A DNA stretch of 64,000 nt. Origin: Marsupella aquatica. Taxonomy: Eukaryota; Plantae; Marchantiophyta. The notes under the pieces were generated by a model. It ran no database searches. It saw nothing but the letters and a program-made list of their open reading frames with translations, and was not told where the DNA came from. Shown in pieces: positions 26,001-39,097 of this stretch. The translations under genes were made by a program, and so were the position numbers. Where the stretch lies: positions 16,061,137 through 16,125,136 of the forward strand of contig OZ316891.1 of NCBI GenBank assembly GCA_973895155.1. Direction: 5' to 3'. Positions within the stretch are counted from its first letter, which is position 1, and every line of letters begins with the position of its first letter.

Positions 26001-26501
26001 GATAAAGTTGTAAGCATGACTTCCCACAGCCTCACCAAAACTTAGTTGGTATGATGTAACTAACATGACACCCACAAACTTGGAGTCGCATATTTATGAA
26101 GGTCTTGCACAAGTCACATAGGGGAGGGTCTCAGAATGGGTGGTTTTCTTCTAGTGAGTAAAAATCCATTAGGAGAATCACGCTTGGACCGAGGCGCCGA
26201 CTTCAACTCATTATCGACGACCAAAACGGCCAGGCCTCCTCACGCTCGGGCTCATCCTGGCACCTCCATAAGAGAGGAGCCGATGGCGTTGTGAGCTATT
26301 TGCTCATTTCTACCTTTTGGAATTTGCGGACGCTGCCATTCACCCGCCTTTTTGCTCGAATCAAGCTGACCTTTACAAGGAGATTATCGAGGGACAAGAG
26401 CAGAATGTGGCGAGATTTAGTCAGGACGAGCAAGGCCTCCACAAGCACGAGGACCAGTCGGGTGGGAACGCGGACTCGACGAACCGGACTACAAGGTTAG
26501 T

Positions 26502-28817
26502 ATGACCCTTACAGCCTTGGGATTTTGGACCTTGTTTGGCGAGGTAGGTGCTAAGTTCTCCGAGACTTACTGGTACTCTTGTCCCGAGAAATCCGCTTAC
26601 AAACAAAGATACGCGAAGCTGGTGGCCAAGGTAGCACTGGTTAATTGCGAGAAGACAACCATCACCAGGGATTCCAACTACAACGAGTTGCGAGACTACA
26701 TCACCGAGCTATATCTCAGCGAGGAAGGGCTTAGATCGGTAGCAGAGGCAATTCTTGAGGTCCCAGCAAAGTTCTTTAGGCTAAAGGGCAGCCAGCGGCT
26801 TACTCAAGCGGAGTTTGACAAGATTCCGGGGTACCTAGACCAGCAGATCGCAGCCAAAAAGCGCCAAGAAGACATCAGCAGACAACGGGAAGCGGCGTGT
26901 AATCTTACTTTCCTCGGGGAAAGTTCCAACGCCTTTGACTGGGATATGGCCACCCCAACACCACCAGCACCTCAGCCGATGACCACCGGCGTACCTCCGA
27001 ACCGGTCCCAAGTCCGACCAGTGATCAACACAAAGTGTTCTTTGGGTTCCGAGCGAGTTAGTCCGCAACGCGAGCAGCGTTCTCGTAAGCGGCCAAGGAC
27101 GACGCCGGCCCCCGAATCAACAACGCAAACCAACGCCGCGCCTGCACCTGCCCTGGCAAACCCCCCGGCCAACTAGACCCGACGGCCCCCGGATAACCCG
27201 AAGTCCAACTTATTACAGGTGATCCGCGTCCCCGAAGTAGTCTGGATCACGATCAAGAAACTCGAACACGCGGACTATCTCAAGGAGCATAAGTTGGAGC
27301 CGTTCGCTCACTTGCTATGGAGACCATGCACCGCCGGGCCAAAGGAGATTTGTGAGTTCATCTCCAATTTCGACACCAACGCATCGACCACTAAGGTTTT
27401 AGGGCAGACCTTATCACTCACGGAGCATCGGTTGGCACAGATCTTCTACCTGCCAACCGGGCCGGTGCCGGTTGAACTCCAAATTTGGGATAAGGAGTAT
27501 ACACCTCAGCACTTCAAACCCGAGGGTAAGATGAACAATGGATACAAGCAGGGGTCGTGCACCAACTTAATCTGCATGGAGCGGCTTAACTTCATACGGA
27601 CTACCGTACACATGATTGAGCCACGATCCGAGATCTCCCTCTGCACGATCGTGCAGGTGGAACAATACAAACGGCGGAATTGGACCCAATTCTTTTACCG
27701 AAGATTCTCGGGGGAGCTGAAGCGGGCTCAGGGTGGTATGGCTATTGCGGGGAAGACTTACTTGGGAAGTCATATCGCCATCATCCTCGCCTGGTACAAG
27801 GCACGGCGGGAGGCCAGAGGAAAGAATATGGCCACCTCAGCCCCGACTAATGTCACCCCCGCCCCAGAGGAGGCAACCCCGAGCGCGCGGACTACCGCTC
27901 CTCGGCCAAACCCCGAGCCGGAAGCCCCGACTAATACTCCGTCACCTCCTCCTGTTGAAATTCCGCCGCCCCCTTCCTTCGAGCCTCCGCTACCCGCGGT
28001 ACAACCACCCCCAATCCCTCCACCACCTGCAGAAACCTTCCCCTCCCAAGCGCAGACTACGGAGGAGATCGTTGCCCCGCTCGAGGAACCGCCGGTACCC
28101 GAGAGGATGGAGGACTACCAAGTAGCCCCGGGGACCATGGCCTACGACCTGGTCCAGAAGTTTAGCCAGACTATGTCTGGGGAGCTGGTGATGTACATCG
28201 GAAAACAAGTCTCGGCGTACTTTCAACCAGCCTTCTTCATGTTAGAGCACCAACCACGGATCGTAAGCCGCTTGGACGAAGAACTCATGGCAAAGGGGAA
28301 TGAGATCGGGCGCCTCCAAATGCTGGTAGAGCACCTTGAGGAGGAGGCCACTACCCGCCGCGAGGAGTTAGTCCGCACCATCGAACAGAGGGATGGACTA
28401 ACGCAGGAGTTGAGCGGAGCGCAAGCAGATCTCAAGAAGCTGGATGACACCGTGCTTCAATTGCACTCAAAATCTTTGGCTCGGGTTACCAGCCTGACCG
28501 ACCTCAACAAACAATTCCTGCAGGTAGCTCAACAGGTAGCTAGTCTTTCCGCCGAACGGGATAAATTGCTGGCGCAGGACCAGACCCATCGCGACTCCAT
28601 TAACCAGCTCAACCTGGAGGTAGTGCGGCTCCAGACAGAGGCCGATGAAGTTGCAAACAAGGCGAAGGAGGCGGTGCGGGACAACAAGGCCTTAGAGGAT
28701 CGCGTTGCCCTGCTTGTCCTCCAGCGGGGAAAACCTGGGCCCACCTCTAATCAAGGCGGCTCGCGGTCTCGCCCCGAGAGGGGGACAAACCCTGGTCCAA
28801 CCACAACACACACATAA
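26502..28817 (+). pseudogene. LTR-encoded PMD/Transposase_32-like + Pro-rich + coiled-coil protein (LTR B), one in-frame stop
   Basis: ORFs 26502-27176 and 27219-28817 share a frame (~770 codons). LEPFAHLLW...EFISNFD...LTEHRLAQIFYLPTG...NGY...ERLNF.R...HMIEPRSEIS...GKTYLGSHI. Confidence 0.85.
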
Positions 28818-29807
28818 GGGGTGGTTAGCAAAGGGTGGAAGCAGGCGCTGCGCGAGGCAGTTGAGTCAGCGGCATCTTTTGGTTAAGCGTAACGACAGAA
28901 TAGCTATCATTAGGCGCCGATTAGCGGCAGTAGGAAGAATTAGGACCAAATCAGTTAGGAGCAGCCAGTGTAGGATGGAGTCCATCAACGGACCAGATTT
29001 TGTCAGTAGGCTTAGCTGCTGCCATTCCGGTTAGCACTCTTGTCGTCAACGGTCAACCAGTTAGTACGGCACGGCCAGTTAGTCAGAGGGTATTTAGTCA
29101 ATAGGTATTGCCCCGAAAGGTAGTATCCTCCGGTTCCCTTCCGCAAATGTAGTATTTAGGCTTCCTCTTTCGCTATGGAAGGGGGAGAAGGCTTAGTTAT
29201 CTCGGCAGAAGAAAAGGCGAGACACAGGGAGTCCCGGCCTGAGTAGGGTCAGAGCGCACCAAGGAGTGAGAGCTAGAGTCGAGCTTGCTGGGCAAGTGCA
29301 AGGCGGGGCCTCGTAGAAACTGGGCATCGACTGCCGTTGGGCCTGCTGACCCCCTTAGAAGTCGAGTCAACCATGTAAACTGATGCTTCGCTGAGTAAAT
29401 GTAGTCTTTTCCCTCTAATGTTTCCTCGAGCAACTGGTGTTGTGTGTATGCTTTGTCTGGGCAAAGGCGCCATTTCAAGGGACGTACCGGGTGCGGACTA
29501 ATGGTAGGGATTGCCACCCATTGCATGTCACAAGGTTCTATCGCATTGATGGCTTGAAAGCCCCAAGCCGGGAGTTAGTCCGAGTCACTAACTAAGGGAA
29601 AATTCCAGCGGTGGAAAATAAAATATACCTATGACTAGTACGAATTGCGTAAGCATTATACCAGTAAGTTTATCGACTTAGCCCAACTTAGGGCTAAACG
29701 GGGCCACTACACACCTCCTTGCCCGAACCCTCACCCCTACTGGTGGTCGAGGTTGCGCCATGGAACTAAACTGGATTTAAGGCCCAGGTTAGGGACGCGA
29801 TAGCAGG

Positions 29808-32800
29808 TACTACAGGGAGGACATGACAAAATTCGTCAAGAATTATGACGACGTCCGTCAACATACTCGGTTGTGGGGGAGGAATATGTCCCTCACAGAG
29901 GAGCGGCTCAGGATGATATTCGGGCTACCCAAGGGAGATCACCGAGTCGAATCACGGGCTCCCAGGGGCAAAGGAGCCAAGTACCAATCCTCGAGTTTTC
30001 CCTCCGAGGGGTCAGTGGACAACGGGTTCGTGATGAGGACCTGCCTCATCCGCGAGATAGCCGAGCGATTGGAGTTCCAGAGGTACGCCCTCCACATGAT
30101 GGAACCCCGGGGGGAGATCTCCGCCGCCCAAGTTAACCAGGTCGAGAACTATCGACCTAGGAAGTGGGCGTCGTACTTCGCTAAGAAGTTCCATGAAGAG
30201 ATGGAGCGGCGAAGGAAGACGCTGTACATTGGTGGGAAGGCGTATTTCGCTAGCCACATCAAGATCATTCTTGAGTGGTACGCCCGGTTTGATCGACGAA
30301 CCCTTCCCCGTGTCAACGTTACAAAGCTGGTCCCGGCTAGGTGGGTTTTCCAGGCCTTGGAGAGACGGCCCCAACCCGAGGCCCGAAGTCCAGCGGACAC
30401 GCCAGCTTCACCCACCCCCCCTCCACAAGTAGTTGTAGTAGTAACCGAAGAGGTACCGGATGGGTCGGTTGTCGCAACCATTGATGCGACCCAACAAGCC
30501 GGGCTAAGTAGAGAAGTCGGTACGACGGAGGTCTTACCCGAGCCAGGGTCTCCCAAAGACCCACCGGTGGCTATTTCGGAGGACCGGGCATGGCTGCAGG
30601 AGGACACTCCAGCCCCTTCCAACGTTACGTCCCCAGGGCTGGACGTCACTGCCCCGGCCCCCGCGCGTGTTGATGTCTGCCCGTGCCCAACTCCGGACAG
30701 GCACAACCTGGACCACCCGGAACTCTTCGTACCGGGTACATTTCTGAACGGGCTTCTGGGAGATTTCTCTCATCAAATTGCTCGGGATACCGGGGAGTTC
30801 ATGGCCCGGAAGGTAGCCTGTTTCTTCAATCAAGAGTTGGTTGCCATAGTAAAGGCAGGTTGGGCCCAGTCAGAGGCCCTTCAGAGGATAGAGCGGTACC
30901 GGGTGGAATCTGTGTACCTAAAGAACGAAGTTGCAGCTCAAGAGGCTGAGCTTCTGCAACTACGACCCAAGGTTGCAGCCGCCGATGAGTTGTTAGCAAA
31001 GGCGCACGCTCTTACCGCCCTAGCCGAACAGGCCAAAGCTGGGAACGAGGCCGAGATTACACGACTCCGGAACCAGATTGATAGTTTGAAGAATCAAACT
31101 GTCACCTGGCAGAAAGACCTGGAGGAGGCCGAGGAACGGGCCCAGCGGGACACGGCGGAGATAGCCACGCTGCAGGCCGAGGTGGCGCGGCTCTAAACCG
31201 AGGCCGAGAAGCAGGACCAGCTGGCGGGTAAACTGACGAGCGACGCCCAGCAGCTGGAGGAGGCATGTCATGAGGCAACAAAGGAGACAAACGCGGCGAG
31301 GCAAGAGAACGAATCTCTGCTGGACCAGGTCCAGCTCCTCAAGGCGGACAATGACAGGCTTCGAAGGCAGCGGGATGGCCGCTCCCATTCGGGCGGCTCT
31401 GGCAAGCGTGCCAGGCATTAGCAGCGGAGTAGGAATAGATTAGGATTAGGACTCGCTTAGTCAGGCTCTTGGGACAGGCACCTGTGTGACGCCAATGACA
31501 TGGTCCTTATTTTGTAATCTGATTAAGTAGGTTGCTGTATGCAAGGAGTAGCTATTGATATTGCATAACAATTAGCAAGATGGCAAGAATAAGGGCAATC
31601 ATGGCGTTAAGAGTAGGGAAATAAAAGCTATGTCGCGGGTGGTCGATGACCATATCTCTTTCAATATGTCACCAAATCCGGATCTGTAAAGAGCATTGGA
31701 AAGATCTGGTCAAGGCGAGTAAAATCGATATAAAACACTTGAGAAACGGAGGTGTATTAAGAAAGGTCTGGCGGCCACGCAGGCCTCATCCACCCCACCT
31801 CCACAAGTAGCCGTAGCCATGGCCAAAGTGGTACCAGACGAGGCAGTAATCGCGACCTTAGACGCGATCAACCAGGCCGGGCCGAGCGCCTAAGTCAAAG
31901 TGGTAGAAGACTTGGCCGAGCCCGAGGGTCCAGAAAATCCACCAATGGCTATTTCGGAGGAAAGGACGATGATGGAGGAGGACACTCCAGCCCCTTCCAA
32001 CACTACATCCCCAGGGCTGGATGTCACTACCCCGGCCCCCGCGCGAGTTGACGTCTGCCCATGCCCAAATCCGCACGGGCACAACCGGGACCACCCGGAA
32101 CTCTTCGTACCGGGTACATTTCTGAACGGGCTTTTGGAAGATTTCTCCCAACAGATTGCCCGGGATACCGGGGAGTTCATGGCCCAAAAGGTAGCCTACT
32201 TCTTCAATCAGGAGTTAGTTACCGCGGTAAAAGTAGACCAGGCCCAGTCGGAGGCCCTTTCTGAGGATAGAGCGGTACCGGGTTGAGTCCGTGTTCCTAA
32301 AGGATGAAGTTGCGGCTCAAGAGGCTGAGCTTCTACAACTACGACCCAAGGTTGCAGCCGCCAATGAGTTGTTAGCAAATGCGCACGCCCTTACCGCCCT
32401 AGCCGAACAGGCAAAAGCTGGGAAGGAGGCCGAGATTGCACGGCTCCAGACCCAGGTTGACAATTTGAAGAACCAAACTGTCATCTGGCAAAAAGACCTG
32501 GAGGAGGCCAAAGAGCGGGCCCAGCATGACACTGCGGAGATTGCCACCCTGCAGACCAAAGTGGCACGGCTTCAAGCCAAAGCCAAGAAATAGACCCAGG
32601 TGGTGGACAAGCTGACAAGCAATGCCCAACAACTGGAAGAGGCATGCTAGGAGGCAATTGAGGAGACGGACGCGGCAAAGTGAGAGAACAAATCTCTGCT
32701 AGACCAAGTCCAGCTCCTCAAGATGGACAACGATAGACTCCGTAGGCAGCGGGATGGCCGCTCCCACTCGGATGGCTTTGGCAAGTGCACCAGGCATTAG
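29808..32800 (+). pseudogene. LTR A ORF, 3' part, with an internal duplication (copied patch up to 31763)
   Basis: ORF 29823-31196 and fragments at 31900-32593 encode the same C-terminal region twice. Confidence 0.85.
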
Positions 32801-33686
32801 CGGAGGGTTAGGCTTAGAATAGAACTAGGAGTAGCTAAAACAGGCTGTTAGGACAGGCGTCGACCAGAAGATAGCGGCGCTGACACATTAGCCAGCCTGT
32901 GTAGAATAGGTTAGACTAATAGGACAAGCCGTAACCAGCTTAGGGAGGATATAAGTTAGCGTAGATTTGGGCACGAGGCCAGGCTGGTCCTCAGCCCTTA
33001 GTATTTAGCAGCCCCCCGATAGAGGCAAGGGGGGGATTTTAGACTCAGAAGTTGGCCATTCGCGGTACGCGTGGGGAGTCCCGAACTCGGTGAAGTATCA
33101 GAGTGCCAAGGGGAGGGTATACGACTAAGCTTGTTGTGCGAGTGCGGAGCCGGGCTCTGTTGTAGTGTATACTCCTCAACCTTGGGCCCGTGCGTTCACG
33201 AGGTGTCGGGTCAACCAATCGTAAGTGTATGATCATAAATGAATGAAATCCTTTCCCCTCAACTCCTTCGTGTAAAATCAAGATTTATGTTTATGTCTAA
33301 ATGCATGTATGAGTCTCGTGTGCAAGTATCAATGCCGGGCCGAACACGTTATGCCAACCATGCACGGGGTGCAGGTTACGGATACGGGGTTGCGAGCCGG
33401 GGTTGAGCACTTGTACTAATGGATCCGGATCGAAGGCGATAACACGAAAGCTTAGAAGTCCGTAAGCCGGGGTCGACCCCGTGTTGACTAAGGTACGTTC
33501 CGGCGGCGGAACACAAACTATACCTAGGAGGTGTCTCTACATAATAGTAAGTGCACTTAGCGCTAGTTTACGTGAGTTAGGAGCATTCAGTGCGTCCCTC
33601 CCTGCCCGAACCCTCATATTTATGAAGGATGTGCCTGTCTAAGCCAAAGCCTGGGTTAAGGCCTAGGTTGACGACGTGACAAGACT

Positions 33687-34763
33687 ACACAGGGTGGGAT
33701 GAGGTTGGCATACTTGACCAAAACCGAACTGAGGGAACATGTTGGTAACCTCACTACTTGCTTTAGGAAACAGTGTTGGCTGTTGGCACAACAGGCTCAG
33801 AAAATTTGTGCCTTGAGTGTTAGGCGAAAGAAGCTAGAAGATTTATTAGGAGTATCCCATGATAGGAAAGATTTAAGACTGTTTCTGAGAAATATTGTGA
33901 ATGGACATAGGTGTGGTGCTTTTGGTGGCAAGTAAGGGTTGTGGGATTTCCTGACAGATGTAGCTAAGAACTTGCAGAGAGTTGCTAACAGTTATCGATG
34001 CAGTAAGAGAACCAAGGCCTTTTCCCAAGCCATGTTCCAGTCAAATGAAGGTAGACAAGTGGCTCATTGTTTCCAGGCAAACCTAGGTGGTCCAGGTCTG
34101 AAGACCTTGAAACGTGATAGAGCAAAACTACCACCCTTTAGAGCTGGCATTCAAAAAGAGATATTCCAGGAGGTGTGCACAATACGAGGGTTTTCACCGT
34201 GACAGCAAATAGCAAACAGATTTACTGTTACGAGCAAAAAAATTCCTGTTACGAGCAAACTAGACAATCTAAAAATGTGTCTTTAAAAGTTACAATTTTC
34301 AAAATAATTTAAAACATGACAATTTTTTGCTAGTGTAAGGCGATACTATTACTAGCTCCGGGCGCTAGCCAAAAAATATCGACTCACAATTTTTTTTTAA
34401 TATTTCTTCCCCCAAAAAAGTTTCAAAAAAAAATTCCAGAAAAAATTCCAAATTTTTTTCCACCCGTGTGCTGTTACGAGTAACTGTTTGCTGTTTGCTG
34501 TTTGTTGTCACGATGGTTATCCCCGCAGAGTACTATGTGCATCAAAGCAGTCACTTGGAATTTCAGGAGATGTACCAGTAATGTTTGCCGAGGATGAAAC
34601 AAGGATAAAAGAGAGACCCAAGTTTGTGTTTTTGTCTTTGTAGTAAATTAGCTTGTTCTTTTGAATGTGTTGGATGAGTTTGCACATCATGAGCTGATGT
34701 CTGTATTGTATTGTGTGTGACAAATGGAAAGCTAAATATGGCACCCTCATTGGTTTCTGTGGC
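33687..34763 (+). pseudogene. P-like transposase, segment 2 (first catalytic Asp)
   Basis: LWDFLTDVAKNL...GPGLKTLKR...IFQEV [MITE] ...VPVMFAEDETRIK [decayed intron] WKAKYGTLIGFCG. Confidence 0.7.
34185..34525. mobile_element. MITE, ~340 bp
   Basis: Imperfect TIR CGAGGGTTTTCACCGTGACAGCAAATAGCAAACAG / CTGTTTGCTGTTTGTTGTCACGATGGTTATCCCCG. AT-rich core. Removing it restores the transposase frame. TSD ambiguous (CACAATA/CAGAGTA). Confidence 0.75.
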
Positions 34764-37700
34764 TGTGACACCGCCGGTACGGCGGTTAATGAGTAATTCG
34801 GTCTAACTACGCTTAGCACGCACGTTAGGAGTGTCTTAGGCCGCTATTATTAGCATAACGATAGTATTTAGGTAATCATTATGGGTAGAACATCATTAGG
34901 CAATAAGGGGGAGTTCAGGTTTGGACTGGCGGCGGGTCGCTATTCGCACACCCGGGTTACGAGCGTGGAGGGGCCCCTCCCTCGGGTCCGTATAACGAAC
35001 TTAAGGAAGCGGCCACTGACACACGCTGACTCAGACCGGCGGAGTGGTCGGTACACCACAAGCGTGAGCGGTTCAGCCTATGGGCGTCGAGGAGACATCG
35101 GAGGATCGACAAGCCCTCAAGGTATAAAAGGGGAGCCAACCCTTTGTAGTGCACCAGTCCATCAGTCCATGCGCCAGCTTCGACCCCAGCTCTCTCGTTC
35201 GCTCTAAGTCGCCACTACTATCTCCTCTGAATGTCGCACACGATCCTCTCCAGCTCGGCCATTCGATTCTGGACGCAGTTCCTATCTATCGGAAGGCACT
35301 TGGCCGACTCATTGAAACACGCCAACCCACGCTGATACGAAATCGAACACGAGTACGAGAGAGCCATCCGCCTAGCAGGACAACACCACTACATCCTTAA
35401 CTTTGACTACCCGTCTCAGAGCGAGCTTTACCGACCAGCAGAGGTATCTGGGTACTTCTTCAACGGAGACAAATATATCGGTTTCTGGGAAGCATTGCTT
35501 CGGCTTTTGAACGAGGTCTTCAATATCCCGGGTACGATCGACTTGCAACGACATCACTTCGACCACATCCCTGCTCAGGTTCAGGCATCAACAACGAGTC
35601 CAGCACTACCCGTTCGACAAGGTCGTCTGCACTCGCTTCGGAGAACTTCTACCAGCACCTACAGAGCTTCATGGGAACTCGGCCATCAACCAACATGGCC
35701 AACTCAGTCGTACCCGTACCCATACCCGTACAACCTCAGGCTCAACCTCAGGCTCAGCTTCAGCTTCAGCCTCAGCCGCAGCCTAGCCAAACCCCACCAC
35801 CGATCGCCCAGCCAGCACAAGTATGCTCCGTCATCAACGTTGTGGATCTTAGCGATGACGACAAGGCTACCCCACCCTTGACCAGGCAGCCCAGAGGAAC
35901 AAGCGCTCAAGGGGCCGACACTATATCGTCCCCACCCCCTGCTCTGACCCCAGGAGCGGCCCCGGCAGACAACATGGTGATCGTGGCCGCCCCGGGCCCG
36001 TTCCTAACGGCAGTGGCACTACCCAGGCCCGATCGGGAGGATGGGGAAGTGTCACCTTCCCCGAGCCAGTCACGGGGGAAGAAGAGGAAGGAATCCGCCA
36101 CTGCATCCGGGTTACCGTTGGCCACGGTAGCCGTAGCCAAGGTGACGATGCACCGCATGGGGGAAAACATTCACAAAAACATCCTCCATCCCAAGCATGC
36201 GGTGTACCTGAAGACTCAGGGATTCGAGCACCTCGCCTCCCTCCCCTGGAACACTTGCAGGTACTACGGGGAGGACATGACGGAGTTCGTCAGGAATTAT
36301 GACGACGCGCGTCAACATACTCAACTGCGGGGAAGGAGTATGTCCCTCACGGAAGAACGGCTCAGGATGATCTTTGGGTTACCTGAAGGTGACCATCGAG
36401 TCGAATCACGGGCTCCCGGGGGCAAGGGAGCCAAGTACCAATCTTCAAGTTTTCCCTCAGAGGGAGCAGTGGACAACGGGTTCGTGATGAGGACCTGCCT
36501 CATCCCCGAGATAGCTGAGCGACTGGAGTTCCAGAGGTACGCCCTCCACATGATGGAACCCCGGGGGGAGATCTCCGCCGCCCAAGTTATCCAGGTCGAG
36601 AACTATCGACCTAGGAAGTGGGCGTCGTACTTCACTAAGAAATTCCATGAAGAGATGGAGCGGCGAAGGAAGACGCTGTACATTGGCGGGAAGGCATATT
36701 TTGCTAGCCACATCGAGATCATTCTTGAGTGGTACGCCCGGTTTGATTGACGAACCCTTCCCCGTGTCAACGTTACAAAGCTGGTCCCAGCTAGGTGGGT
36801 TTTCCCAGCCTTGGAGAGACGGCCCCAACCCGAGGCCCGAAGTCCAGCGGACACGCTAGCTTCACCCACCCCACCTCCACAAGTAGCTGTAGTCGTAACC
36901 GAGGAGGTACCGGATGGGTCGGTTGTCGCAACCGTTGATGCAACCCAACAAGTCGGGCTAAGTACAAAAGTCGGTACGGCGGAGGTCTTACCCGAGCCCG
37001 GGTCTCCCAAAGACCCACCGGTGGCTATTCCGGAGAACCGGACATTGCTGCAGGAGGACACTCCAGCCCCTTCCAACATTACGTCCCCAGGGCTGGACGT
37101 CACTGCCCCGGCCCCCGCGCGTGTTGACGTCTGCCCGTGCCCAACTCCGGACAGGCACAACCTGGACCACCCGGAACTCTTCGTACCGGGTACATTTCTG
37201 AACGGGCTTCTGGGAGATTTCCCTCATCAAATTGCTCGGGATACCGAGGAGTTCATGGCCCGGAAGGTAGCCTGTTTCTTCAATCAAGAGTTGGTTGCCA
37301 TAGTAAAGGCAGGTTGGGCCCAGTCAGAGGCCCTTCAGAGGATAGAGCGGTATCGGGTGGAATCTGTGTACCTAAAGAACGAAGTTGCGGCTCAAGAGGC
37401 TGAGCTTCTGCAACTACGACCCAAGGTTGCAGCCGCCGATGAGTTGTTAGCAAAGGCGCACGCTCTTACCGCCCTAGCCGAACAGGCCAAAGCTGGGAAC
37501 GAGGCCGAGATTACACGACTCCGGAACCAGATTGACAGTTTGAAGAATCAAACTGTCACCTGGCAGAAAGACCTGGAGGAGGCCGAGGAACGGGCCCAGC
37601 GGGACACGGCGGAGATAGCCACGCTGCAGGCCGAGGTGGCGCGGCTCCAAACCGAGGCCGAGAAGCAGGACCAGCTGGCGGGTAAACTGACGAGCGACGC

Positions 37701-37938
37701 CCAGCAGCTGGAGGAGGCATGTCAGGAGGCAACAAAGGAGACGAACGCGGCGAGGCGAGAGAACGAATCTCTGCTGGACCAGGTCCAGCTCCTCAAGGCG
37801 GACAATGACAGGCTTCGAAGGCAGCGGGATGGCCGCTCCCATTCGGGCGGCTCTGGCAAGCGTGCCAGGCATTAGCAGCGGAGTAGGAATAGATTAGGAT
37901 TAGGACTCGCTTAGTCAGGCTCTTGGGACAGGCACCTG
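34764..37938 (+). repeat. 5' LTR (3'-truncated)
   Basis: Colinear with 43713-47557 up to GGCACCTG. I count 9 differences, all transitions, in the first ~190 bp. Confidence 0.93.
35231..37875 (+). pseudogene. LTR-encoded PMD/Transposase_32-like coiled-coil protein, 5' LTR copy (~880 codons)
   Basis: ATG 35231 (MSHTILSSSAIRFW) lies downstream of TATAAAA (35123). Two TGA stops at CGA positions and one small frameshift. Ends ...GGSGKRARH*. Confidence 0.88.
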
Positions 37939-39097
37939 TGTGACGCCAATGACATGGTCCTTATTTTGTAATCTGATTAAGTAGGTTGCTGTATGCAAGG
38001 AGTAGCTATTGATATTGCATAACAATTAGCAAGATGGCAAGAATAAGGGCAATCATGGCGTTAAGAGTAGGGAAATAAAAGCTATGTCGCGGGTGGTCGA
38101 TGACCATATCTCTTTCAATATGTCACCAAATCCGGATCTGTAAAGAGCATTGGAAAGATCTGGTCAAGGCGAGTAAAATCGATATAAAACACTTGAGAAA
38201 CGGAGGTGTATTAAGAAAGATACGGCCTGATTAGTGTGACGGGTTAACTTGTGGTCGGAATTAGCGGATTCGGCTTCAGTTTCGGGTTAACCCAAGCTCG
38301 ACCACGGCTTAGCTTATGTGAGCATGGCTTCAGCTTAGCTCAGGTCAGCACGGCTTCAGCTTAGCTTAGGTAAGCACGGCTTCAGCTTAGCTTAGGTAAG
38401 CATGGCTTTAGCTTATCTCAGGTAAGAACGGCTTCAGCTTAGCTCAGGTCAGCACGGCTTCAGCTTAGCTCAGGTTAGCATAGGTAAGCTCGGATTCGGG
38501 CTCAGCTTAGGCTAGGTTAGCGGATAGCGGATAGCGGGTAGCGGCCTAACCCGAGACCACGGGTTAGCTCTACTTGGGTTAGATAGGAGAGCTAGGTTAG
38601 CCAAACTCGGGTTAGCTATATAACTCGGGTTAGCGCAGCAGTGAGTACCCCCTCTCGGTTGCGGGGGCATAACTCTCAGTGTATTTGACCAAATCGGCTA
38701 TAATTGACCTCGTTGGAAAGAGGAGCTCAAGCCGCTTCCAACGGTGCTATCCACGCAGCAAATGGTTGAATAGAGAAATCGGGAGAGGAGGCGCAAGCTC
38801 GCAAAAACCATGGAGGAGAGCCGAATCCGAAGTACATAGCCAATTCGAGATAGAAATAAAGTTGCGAGTTAGGGTTCAGTAGTTAGAGATAGTGGCGGCT
38901 CTGTTAGGGCTGGGATGGGGCTCCAGCAGCATAGTATCCACCCATTTGGGCTCAGTATGAGAGTATATAGAGCAGCCCCCGATAGAGGCAGAGGGGGGGA
39001 CTTCAGTTGTGTGATCTCACTTAGACTGAGCAGCAGGGAGGAGCTCTGTGCAAGCAAGGCTGGACTTGGACGCTGCGTGTTGGGGAGAGCGGGTAGA
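37939..39097 (+). mobile_element. Truncated LTR C of another family inserted in the 5' LTR; right boundary approximate
   Basis: New TGTGACGCC start exactly where the two LTRs diverge. Contains TATATA + GCAGCCCCCGATAGAGGCAGAGGGGGG, similar to 33002-33035. Fused directly to mid-gag. Confidence 0.7.
38322..38477. repeat. 26-bp tandem repeat x6
   Basis: GCACGGCTTCAGCTTAGCTCAGGTCA units, head to tail. Confidence 0.93.

Larger units (their letters stand above)
16108..26156 (-). mobile_element. CACTA element #2, complete, non-autonomous Pack-type
   Basis: TIRs CACTAGAAGAA / TTCTTCTAGTG; 3-bp TSD AGT on both sides; subterminal TGTGAC/GTCACA repeats; TnpA-like exons but no Tnp2. Confidence 0.96.
15898..29802 (+). 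mobile_element. Solo LTR B (~3.9 kb without the CACTA insert), a second family
   Basis: TATGACA...GGGACGCGATA (decayed TG...CA). Perfect 5-bp TSD GCAGG (15893-15897 / 29803-29807). The LTR A ORF rejoins across it. Confidence 0.9.
13535..33681 (+). mobile_element. Solo LTR A (same family as the Gypsy at 34764), with nested insertions
   Basis: TGTGACACCGCC...GACGACGTGACA; TSD GGACT/AGACT. Colinear with the 3' LTR 43713-48391 once inserts are removed. Confidence 0.92.

Noticed and set aside
30012-31418. Antisense ORFs repeated in each LTR copy (also 36457-37872 and 46076-47491)
   Set aside because: Shadow ORFs of a GC-rich sense ORF.
33449-33526. LTR 3' structure as a hammerhead ribozyme or tRNA
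   Set aside because: No CTGANGA/GAAA core and no tRNA cloverleaf motifs. Kept as an unknown structured element.
35231-37875. LTR ORF as a retroviral-type envelope protein
   Set aside because: No evident signal peptide or transmembrane segment. It has a basic NLS-like motif (RGKKRK) and a coiled coil.
38322-38477. 26-bp repeats as a CRISPR array
   Set aside because: Head-to-tail units with no unique spacers, no cas genes, eukaryotic context.
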